In this document: positions 45,931-53,964 of the stretch, piece after piece
Position numbering within the stretch: position 1 is the stretch's first letter
Layout of the letters: each line of letters starts with the position of its first letter
DNA from: a bacterium
Lineage (GTDB): Bacteria > Eisenbacteria > RBG-16-71-46 > CAIMUX01
Assembly: GCA_030431975.1 (NCBI GenBank)
Contig: JAUIHP010000007.1
Coordinates: forward strand, 66,554-130,553
Reading direction: 5' to 3'
DNA length: 64,000 bases
Program-made: the position numbers and the translations under genes
Notes under the pieces: model-generated
Told to the model about the DNA's origin: nothing
Database searches by the model: none
What the model saw: the letters and a program-made list of their open reading frames with translations, nothing else

Positions 45931-48696
45931 TCACCGAAGAACGACGCTCTTCGTCTTTACCGTCGTTCCGTCCGAGACCCGAACGAAATAGACGCCGGCA
46001 GGAGCGCGTTCCCCCCGGTCCATCCGTAGATCCCAAAGCAGCTCGTGCCGCCCACCTTCGGCGGCATGAGTTCCGAGATGACGAATCCGCCGACCCGACG
46101 CGTCGTGCACGTCGGCCTGGACCTGGGCGCCGCTCTCCATCTGGAAGGCGATTCGCGTCGGGCCGTCCGCGGGGTTGGGCCATAGAGGCTCGAGGAGCAG
46201 GCCGGATCCGTCCGCGAGGGAAGACCCGATGCTGGAAGTCGGAGCCAAGGAGTTCGGGTCACCCGGGTCCGTTCCGTCGTCGAGTTCATCCCGATCGTAA
46301 CGGCCGTCCAGGTCGCGATCGACTCCGAGACGAAGTTCCGTTCCCGGATAAACGGCTGTGACCGTCATGGCCCGGTCGTCGTTGGCCAAGGCGAGAAGTT
46401 CTTCCGTAGTCAGACTGGGTTCATCGGCGCGATCGGAAATCCAGGATCCTGTCGCGAAGTACCATCCGCGATGGTCTCCCGCCAGATCCCGGCCCTTGGC
46501 GATGAGCCCGATCTCGTTGGACGAGGCCACCGTTTCGACGATGTCGACAAACTCGGCGATGTCCGATCCGCCGGGCTGACGCGTCGTCCACTGCGCACCG
46601 ACAGCGGCGTGGGTGCCGGTGTCGAAACACATCATGAACGCATCGACGTGCTCCCGATCGAAAGGAGTCTGAAAGTTGAAGCGCGGGCGTTCGAAGAACC
46701 GCACCAAGTCTCCGACAACTCCGTCGTGAAGAAAGCCGAAGCCGCGGACGTTGGTATCTGCGCTCGGATCGAAACCGGTTTTCTCGTAGATGTTCCGAAG
46801 CTGAGGGACATCGAGATCCTGCTCGCCGTTGAAAACTTCGCGAGGGATAACGATTCCGTTCTGCCCGAACGGCAACGTGTGGCAACCCGTGCACTCGATG
46901 CCGCCGAAGAGTCCGCCTTCTTCAAAGAGACGTCCACCGATCGTCGGATTCGGGCCGACCGCGGGGTTGGGGAGTGAGCCGTCGAGATTGCGGTTCGGAT
47001 TCGGCGGATAGGTCAGGGAAAAGATGAAGCTCTCCAGATCGGCAAACTCGGGGCTGATCAGGCTCTCGCTTCTTCCCATCAGGGAGACGAACGCGCCGTT
47101 GAATTCGCCCAGGATCTGGCGGTCTCCGCGCCAGTGGAACGGCTCGGTTCCAGGGAGTCCGCGAAGTGTCTGCGTGACCAGAGGGCCCTTCATCGGGTGG
47201 AACTCGGAGCCTCCGGGACCGCCGTCCAGAAAGCCCTGGGGGTCGCCCAGATCCCATGCCGTGTGATCGGTGCCGCCGTAGACATGGCAGCTCGCACAGG
47301 AGAGGTCGCCGTGTGACGAAGAGTTTCGTCCGTCGTAGAAGAGCCTGCGGCCGGAGTGAATTTCGGCGGGGACAGGATCGAAGCCGACACCGACGGAGGA
47401 TACGAGATCGTTCGAAAGGTCGACGACATCGACGGCGCCGGGGATGCGTCTCAGAACATACAAGCGGTCACGCGCCTCGTCCAAGGCGACGCCCATTGGC
47501 CCATACCCGACATCGATTCGGCGTTCGAGAACTCCGTCGCTTCCCAAGACACCGACCTTGGACGATCCGAAAGCCGCGACGTAAACCGTCTCTCCGTCTT
47601 CGGAAACCGTGAGGTGGGCAGGAAAGGACAGGCTCTGCTCCCGCTCGAGTTCGTTGCCTTCGGAGTTCGAGTAGTCGATGTGCGGATTGAGGTCGCGCGG
47701 CTCGATTGTTCCCAGGCTTGGATCGATCACCGTGACGCGATTGTGCGCAAAGGATCCGCTCAGATTGGGCTCGAAACGAATGTGATTGAGAGCTTCCTGA
47801 TTGGAGACGTAGAGCCGACCCGAAGGACCGACCGCCAGACCGAGCAGCGTCGTTCCGACGTCGGAGAAAACCTGCGGATAGGTGAAGTTGTTCGTGTCGA
47901 CCGCGAGCACGTCATAGTCAAGCAACGTGTAGGGCACATACGAGTCCCAGGAAGTTCCTGCTTCGTCCTTCCAGCCACTGCCGTCGTGGCGAACGATGAG
48001 ACTCGTCAACGGCGCCGGCGGCAGCTCGAAGTTCATCGGCGGATCCGGTGGCGGCGGACCACCGCCGTCGGCGACGTCCGTGTGCTTGACGATCGTCGTC
48101 TGGTTTCCGCTGTCCATCGCGGAAACGTAGACCTTGGAGCCATCGGGGGAGACGGCGAGGTTGAGCGGATTGCTCATCGGAAGGTCGACCTCGACCGGCG
48201 GCAGTTCCAGATTCTCCGGATCGAAAACTCGCAGTCGATCTTCTTCAGAGACACAGACGAAAGCCCGCTCCGGTGATCCGGCAAAGACGACGTCGGTCGG
48301 CTCGTCCCCGACCCGAAGCGTATGACGGATCGACCCTGTCTCGGTGTCGACGATCGAGATGGAGTCGGAAAGGTGGTTGACCACCCAAACCTCGCCGGGC
48401 TGCCGCTCCCGGACGGTCACGGGTTCGAGTCCAACGAAAACTTCGAGCCGGCGTGTCGGCAGATCGCCGGACGTCAGGTCAAAGACGACCAGGCGATGGT
48501 CCGCCGGATGCAGCGCGTAGAGAGAGCTTCCGTCGGAGGACATCTCGATGGGGTGGACGATCGGAGCTTCGAACTGCGGGCCGTCGACCGCATTGGCCGA
48601 CTCCGGGCAGAAAGCCATTCCGAGCACGAGAGATGCTGGGAAAGACAGTCGGAGTGCGGCGTTTGCAGCACGGGCAATCGCTTCGATGTTTCGCAT
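45931..48696 (-). CDS. secreted beta-propeller / di-heme cytochrome c peroxidase-like protein with T9SS-type C-terminal domain
   Basis: A signal peptide is followed by YVTN-like propeller repeats ('KVYVSAMDSGN', 'RLYVSNQEA', 'TVYVAAFGSSKV'). There are two CxxCH heme motifs, 'CASCH' and 'CTGCH'. The C-terminal 'GVYFVRVSDGTTVKTKSVVLR' is typical of Por/T9SS C-terminal domains (FlgD-Ig-like). Confidence 0.7.
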   Translation of the reverse strand: MRNIEAIARAANAALRLSFPASLVLGMAFCPESANAVDGPQFEAPIVHPIEMSSDGSSLYALHPADHRLVVFDLTSGDLPTRRLEVFVGLEPVTVRERQPGEVWVVNHLSDSISIVDTETGSIRHTLRVGDEPTDVVFAGSPERAFVCVSEEDRLRVFDPENLELPPVEVDLPMSNPLNLAVSPDGSKVYVSAMDSGNQTTIVKHTDVADGGGPPPPDPPMNFELPPAPLTSLIVRHDGSGWKDEAGTSWDSYVPYTLLDYDVLAVDTNNFTYPQVFSDVGTTLLGLAVGPSGRLYVSNQEALNHIRFEPNLSGSFAHNRVTVIDPSLGTIEPRDLNPHIDYSNSEGNELEREQSLSFPAHLTVSEDGETVYVAAFGSSKVGVLGSDGVLERRIDVGYGPMGVALDEARDRLYVLRRIPGAVDVVDLSNDLVSSVGVGFDPVPAEIHSGRRLFYDGRNSSSHGDLSCASCHVYGGTDHTAWDLGDPQGFLDGGPGGSEFHPMKGPLVTQTLRGLPGTEPFHWRGDRQILGEFNGAFVSLMGRSESLISPEFADLESFIFSLTYPPNPNRNLDGSLPNPAVGPNPTIGGRLFEEGGLFGGIECTGCHTLPFGQNGIVIPREVFNGEQDLDVPQLRNIYEKTGFDPSADTNVRGFGFLHDGVVGDLVRFFERPRFNFQTPFDREHVDAFMMCFDTGTHAAVGAQWTTRQPGGSDIAEFVDIVETVASSNEIGLIAKGRDLAGDHRGWYFATGSWISDRADEPSLTTEELLALANDDRAMTVTAVYPGTELRLGVDRDLDGRYDRDELDDGTDPGDPNSLAPTSSIGSSLADGSGLLLEPLWPNPADGPTRIAFQMESGAQVQADVHDASGRRIRHLGTHAAEGGRHELLWDLRMDRGERAPAGVYFVRVSDGTTVKTKSVVLR

Positions 48697-49053
48697 TTAC
48701 GAGTCCTGACTGCGGAGAAGTTCCTCGAGCTTCAAGAGGCCGACGAGGATCGCTTTGGCCTGGCCCTTCAGGGCATAGCTGCGCGACAAGCGCGTCCGAC
48801 GAGTATAGCTTATTCGGTGGTGTGCCCGCGTACCCGATCGGGTCCCTTCACGGGGTTCCCCCAAACGGCCGTCCCCAAACGGCACCCCCCGCGGCCGCGC
48901 CCAACTCGTGAAGCCGTCAGCCCGTCCGAAGCGGCGATCGGCCAGAATCAGCCATCTTCGCCGACTCCGCTAACCTCGCCGACGCCACTGAATTCGCAGT
49001 CTCCGCCAAACGCCGCAATCTCCGCCAACGCCCCCACCTCCGCCCCACCTCCG

Positions 49054-51057
49054 CTACATACGAAGCTCTTCCAAGGGCGCGAAGTCATCGGCCGGCTGAA
49101 ACCCGAACACCTTGGCATAGAATAGATACTCGGCCTCCAACGCCCGGTGGATGTTCGCCGCCTGACGGAATCCGTGTCGCTCTCCCTCGAAGACGACATA
49201 GGCATGCGGAAGCCCCTTGCTCTTCATGGCTTCGACCATGGCCTCGGCCTGCGAAGGTGGGACGACCTTGTCTTCCGAACCCTGCAGCAGAATGACCGGG
49301 CACGAAAGTCGATCGACGAAGTGGACCGGAGACCGCTCGTAGTAAAGATCCTTCCGTTCCGGGTACGGACCGATCAGTCCGTCCATGTAGCGCGCCTCGA
49401 ACTTGTGCGTGTCGCGGGCCAACGCTTCGAGTTCGGCGACCCCGTAGTGTGAGGCGCCGGCGGCAAAGACATCGTGAAAGACAAGCGCGCACAGGGTGGT
49501 AAAGCCTCCAGCGCTGCCGCCGCGAATCGCCATCCGCTTTCCGTCGACTTTGCCTTCCGCTTCCAGGTACTTGGCGGCGGCGATGCAGTCGTCGACGTCG
49601 ACGATGCCCCATGTTCCTTTCAGTCTCTCTCGGTAGGGCCGTCCGTAGCCGGTGCTGCCGCCGTAGTTGACGTCGACGAGGGCGAAACCGCGGCTGCTCC
49701 AGAACTGCGCGGCGTAGCTCAGTTCGGATGTCGAGTACGCCGTGGGGCCTCCGTGGCTCTTCACGATCAGCGGTGGCCGTTCGTTGTCGGGCCCTTTGTG
49801 GTCCCGTGACGCTGGCGGGTAGTAGAGAGCGTGGGCGGTGCGGTCACCTGTGGTGGGAAACTCGATGGGAACGGCTCGGCTCAAGAACTCGGAATCGATT
49901 TCCGGGCCGCCGCTGTTGCGGAGAATGTGGATCGATTCGGGAAGGCGCGCATGCGTACCCAGGGCATCCGGAACGTCGAAAACGGCGACGGCGGGAGCCT
50001 CGGTCGATGAGGCGACGACGAAGGCGAGTCGACTCTTTCCGTCCGAGACGATCGTCCCTCCCCGTCCGTAGTAGGTGTACGGGAAGGGAATCTCGGTCAT
50101 GACGTGGCCCGTCTGCGCGTCCGGCTTCGTCAAGTCGACGATGGCGAGATGGTCGAGACCGTTTCGCACCACGATGCATGCCATTCGGTCCTTCGAGAGA
50201 AATGCGTAGTGGGAGAGGCCGAAGACCCACTGCGGTGTTCCGATCTCTGCGTCGACCGCGGTGACTGGTTCGACCTTTCCGTCGACCCGACGATAGACAT
50301 TCCACCAGTCGGTCCGGTCCGAGACGAAGTAGAGGGTTCCGTCTTCATGCCACTGCGGTTGGAACACCGACTCTTCGGGCCCGCCCGCGACTCGTGTTAC
50401 TTCTTCGATCCCGTCGTCGGTGATTTCCGCGAGCCAAAGCTCGGTGCCGTCCCATGGCATTTGCGGATGATCCCAGGTCGTAAACGCGAGTGTCCGGCCG
50501 TCGGGGCTGACGCGCGGAAACGAGTAGAAGTCATGGCCGCCGGCGACTCGTTTGGGCGGTGCACTTCCGTCGGCGGGAATGCGAACGAGATCGTTGACCG
50601 GCTCCCCGCTCTCTCCGTGCGTTTCGCGTACCGCATAGATCCACGCGCCGTCAGGCGAGACATCCATGTCGGCGTAGCGAACGCCGGCCGGACGATCCGG
50701 CTCTGGTGTGATGGGCGTCGACTCGATCTTGCCTTGCGACGTTCGAGTCGACCGGTAGATCCGCTGGTCGGACTCCTCGACATAAAAGACCCGACCGTTG
50801 TTTGCGACATACGCTCCGGAGCCATATTCGTGCACGCGACTGGACGCGGATGCTTCCTCGGGAATCAGTTCCCGAATCTGATCTCCGCTTTCCGACGTGC
50901 AAATGACCTGGCGACCCTTTTCTTCCGGACGCCCTTCGGACCAGAGAATCCGATCCCCGTCGAAACGCACCATCGAGAACGACCGGCCGCCGGCTGTGAC
51001 GACCTGCGGCGTGATCGGGGAAGTCCAGGATCCGTAAGGTGTGGTTTGACGGGCCAT
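49054..51057 (-). CDS. S9-family serine peptidase (prolyl oligopeptidase/acylaminoacyl-peptidase type) with N-terminal beta-propeller
   Basis: The C-terminal alpha/beta hydrolase carries 'GGSAGG', the nucleophile elbow GxSxGG. The N-terminus has TolB-like propeller repeats. Confidence 0.8.
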   Translation of the reverse strand: MARQTTPYGSWTSPITPQVVTAGGRSFSMVRFDGDRILWSEGRPEEKGRQVICTSESGDQIRELIPEEASASSRVHEYGSGAYVANNGRVFYVEESDQRIYRSTRTSQGKIESTPITPEPDRPAGVRYADMDVSPDGAWIYAVRETHGESGEPVNDLVRIPADGSAPPKRVAGGHDFYSFPRVSPDGRTLAFTTWDHPQMPWDGTELWLAEITDDGIEEVTRVAGGPEESVFQPQWHEDGTLYFVSDRTDWWNVYRRVDGKVEPVTAVDAEIGTPQWVFGLSHYAFLSKDRMACIVVRNGLDHLAIVDLTKPDAQTGHVMTEIPFPYTYYGRGGTIVSDGKSRLAFVVASSTEAPAVAVFDVPDALGTHARLPESIHILRNSGGPEIDSEFLSRAVPIEFPTTGDRTAHALYYPPASRDHKGPDNERPPLIVKSHGGPTAYSTSELSYAAQFWSSRGFALVDVNYGGSTGYGRPYRERLKGTWGIVDVDDCIAAAKYLEAEGKVDGKRMAIRGGSAGGFTTLCALVFHDVFAAGASHYGVAELEALARDTHKFEARYMDGLIGPYPERKDLYYERSPVHFVDRLSCPVILLQGSEDKVVPPSQAEAMVEAMKSKGLPHAYVVFEGERHGFRQAANIHRALEAEYLFYAKVFGFQPADDFAPLEELRM

Positions 51058-51123
51058 CTCGTGACTCCTTCGCTCCGGTTTGCGGCGTCCATGACGACAT
51101 CCGCTGCGCCGCATGCTGAGGTG

Positions 51124-51945
51124 TTAGTGATAGTGGGTTGGGTCCTGCCGATAGAACTCTGCCAGCTCCTGATAGAGTTCCGGCTTGTTCTTCCGGAGCC
51201 GTTCCGGCTTCTCGAAGAAGAACTCGGTTGCGACGGCGAAGAACTCCGCCTCGTTGGTTGCGCCGTAGCTGTCCAACAACGTCTTCTTGCCGGCTTCAGA
51301 CCGGGAGCGAAGAGTCAGAAACTCCTCTCCCAGTACGCGGGCCCAGCTACGGTACCGATCCGCCGAAGGGCCAAGGTTCGGCGTTCCGTCGGAACGGCCG
51401 TCCGCCTGATCCAGTTGGTGGGCGAACTCGTGGAGGATGACGTTCTCTCCATCCTGGTCATTCACCGCTCCGGCCAGTGCATTGTCCCAGGAAAGGATGA
51501 CGGTCCCCTGATGCCAGGACTCACCGGATCGGACGGCATGCCCGGAATCCGAATCGCGATGCCCCTTGCCGGTGAATGCCGTGGGATAGACCAGCACCGT
51601 GCTCAGCTTCGGATACGGCTCTCCCACCTGACCGCGGCCCAGAAGAAGGACACAGGCCGAGGCCGAGAGGGTGAGGACGATCTCTTCGGTGATCTCGAGA
51701 CCACCGGCTCCCTCGAAATGCTTCGTTCCCCGAAACACCTGGGTGAGGCCCTCGAGCTCGTGCTGACGTTCGGGAGGCAGCGTTTCGTAGATGCCGACGT
51801 TCTTCCGAACGATCTCGCGCTCCGAAACGGTGAGCGGAGTCTGCCGAAGCAGGCGTAGGTGTTTCGTTTTGGCGGCGCGGCGGCGCAGCCAGAAGACGAG
51901 AATGAAAAAGGTTGTTCCGATGAGAATCCACAGAGGCTGAGACAT
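51124..51945 (-). CDS. M90-family zinc peptidase (MtfA-like)
   Basis: N-terminal TM segment and the 'HEFAHQLD' HExxH zinc site. Its length and context fit MtfA/DUF980. Confidence 0.65.
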   Translation of the reverse strand: MSQPLWILIGTTFFILVFWLRRRAAKTKHLRLLRQTPLTVSEREIVRKNVGIYETLPPERQHELEGLTQVFRGTKHFEGAGGLEITEEIVLTLSASACVLLLGRGQVGEPYPKLSTVLVYPTAFTGKGHRDSDSGHAVRSGESWHQGTVILSWDNALAGAVNDQDGENVILHEFAHQLDQADGRSDGTPNLGPSADRYRSWARVLGEEFLTLRSRSEAGKKTLLDSYGATNEAEFFAVATEFFFEKPERLRKNKPELYQELAEFYRQDPTHYH

Positions 51946-52316
51946 GGGCGCTATGGTAGTCGACGCGGTGCGGAATGGCGATGGCAGGAGTTGACTTAAG
52001 GAGCACTTCCAGTCTCTTCCTGTCCGTGCCGTCACGCTGGGCGACGACTGGGCGAGGAATCGTTCGGAGTGAGCGGTACGGGTTCGGCGCGCCGTCGACC
52101 TTGTGGAGATGGGTCGGTACGACTTGTGAGACTCATGGCCTTTCAGGCTGAGGTGCCTGGCAATCCCTTAGGTATACGATCATCGACTTGCCCGGAGTCA
52201 TCTTTCACTGCAAAGTAGATCACGAAGGGTATGGCGGTGCACAACGACGTTCGAGCCGCAGGTCGAAGAGTCGAGCCTGGGAAGTCGCGGGTGTGGCCTC
52301 CAAAGAGGGAGGGAGC

Positions 52317-53912
52317 GTGCGCAGAAAACTCTGGATCCTGGGTCTGGCGCTGCTGACGAGTTGTGGAGACGACGACCCCGACACCGTTCCTCCAGGTGCG
52401 ATCCAGGATCTCGCCGGAGCCCGAACCGGCGTCGCGGGAGAAGTGAAGCTTACTTGGACGGCTCCAGGTGATGACGGCTCGGACGGTACGGCATCCTCCT
52501 ACGATATCCGGTACTCGCCGACGCTCTTGAACGGTTCCTCGTGGGACAACTACAACATCGTTTCCACAACAACGGCTCCAAAGGCCGCAGGTAGCTCTGA
52601 GGAACTCCTGGTTCAGCTCGAGAAGGGATCATGGTTCTTCGCTGTCCGTGCCCGCGACGAAGCCGGGAATCTCGCAGACATTTCGAACAACACACGGGTG
52701 ACGACCCAGGACACGCTGGCTCCTCCTGCGATCACGGACCTCGCGATCGTGGATCGGACGACTAGATCGGTCTCTTTGACTTGGACTTCCCCCAAGGACA
52801 CCGGACCCGAGGCTGCGGTGGCCTCGTACGAGCTTCGGTACCACACGGAGGCTTTGGACGAGACGTCATGGCTGGAGGGGATGGTGGTGGAGGGGGTTGA
52901 TGCGCCCCAGAAACCTGGCTCTGAGGAGTCACAGTCGGTTGAAGGCCTGACTCCGGGCGTTCTGTATTGGTTCGGGGTTAGATCCACGGATGCGTTCGGA
53001 AACGAGTCCGCGCTTTCCAACGTCGTGCAGGTTGCCACGACTGTTCCGAGCCTGGAGCAACTGACGATGAGTCAAAGAACCATAGGTGCCGTTTACCCCG
53101 ACTGGTCGAAGGACGGAACAAGGATCGCGTTGTCCGCCGATTGGGCGACCCGGTTTGTTTCTCAGGTGTACGTAACGGATCCGCAGGGATCTAACTTCAA
53201 CCGTCTTACGACTCAGCCCGACGGCACGTTCTCTCTCCGCTGGTCGCCGGATGGAAAGCAGATTGCGTTTGTCGGTAGTCGTCCCGACGGTAGAGATACC
53301 TGGCTGGAGCTTTGGACCATCTCGTCGACACCGGGCGGCGGTCCTCCTGTGTTGGTTGCAGGGCATCCCCCCGACCGAGTTTCCGGTATGGCCTGGTCCC
53401 CCGACGGTTCCAGAATCGCATACGCTTCGATTTCCGGCGCGGGTCCTTTGGACCCTGCTTCCTCGAACATCTTCGTTGTCGACGCGGACGGAAACAACGA
53501 AGAGACGTTGCTGTCAGTGGCGGGAAGCGTTGGCTCTTTGGATTGGCACCCAGACGGAACCTCCATCATTTTCGATAATCGCCCCACTGGAGAGGAATCC
53601 GACATCTGGAGCTTGGCCATTGGGTCCTCAACGCCGACCAGACTTACAACCCATCCCGGGCTCGACTTTGGACCAAGATTCTCTCCCGACGGAACGCGAC
53701 TCGCATTCTCCTCGGATCGGGCAAGCGGAAACCCCGACATTTGGATTATGAATGTGAAGAGCGGTGAACTCGTACAGGTCTCGGTCAGTGAGAACTCTGA
53801 GAGTGCCTCGACATGGTCCCCTGACGGAAATCGGTTGGCTTATAACTCGTTCGATACGTCCCGACTTCTCTCAGACATCTTCATTCAGGACGTCGGTGAC
53901 CTGTTGCCTTAG
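52317..53912 (+). CDS. lipoprotein with two fibronectin-III-like domains and a TolB-like (PD40) beta-propeller
   Basis: GTG start with a GAGGGAGGGA Shine-Dalgarno sequence and the lipobox 'LLTSC'. FN3-like 'YDIRYS' and 'YELRYH' blocks are followed by PD40 repeats ('WSPDGKQIAF', 'WSPDGSRIAY', 'FSPDGTRLAF', 'WSPDGNRLAY'). Confidence 0.65.
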   Translation: MRRKLWILGLALLTSCGDDDPDTVPPGAIQDLAGARTGVAGEVKLTWTAPGDDGSDGTASSYDIRYSPTLLNGSSWDNYNIVSTTTAPKAAGSSEELLVQLEKGSWFFAVRARDEAGNLADISNNTRVTTQDTLAPPAITDLAIVDRTTRSVSLTWTSPKDTGPEAAVASYELRYHTEALDETSWLEGMVVEGVDAPQKPGSEESQSVEGLTPGVLYWFGVRSTDAFGNESALSNVVQVATTVPSLEQLTMSQRTIGAVYPDWSKDGTRIALSADWATRFVSQVYVTDPQGSNFNRLTTQPDGTFSLRWSPDGKQIAFVGSRPDGRDTWLELWTISSTPGGGPPVLVAGHPPDRVSGMAWSPDGSRIAYASISGAGPLDPASSNIFVVDADGNNEETLLSVAGSVGSLDWHPDGTSIIFDNRPTGEESDIWSLAIGSSTPTRLTTHPGLDFGPRFSPDGTRLAFSSDRASGNPDIWIMNVKSGELVQVSVSENSESASTWSPDGNRLAYNSFDTSRLLSDIFIQDVGDLLP

Positions 53913-53964
53913 TGTCGGGAGGTCGTACCGTTGCGCCGGGGTTGCGTTCTTGGAAAACGGTCGT

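Noticed and set aside
48322-49125. 267-aa plus-strand ORF across the repeat-rich intergenic region
   Set aside because: It translates the degenerate DNA repeats and the antisense of the S9 peptidase 3' end, so it is unlikely to be coding.
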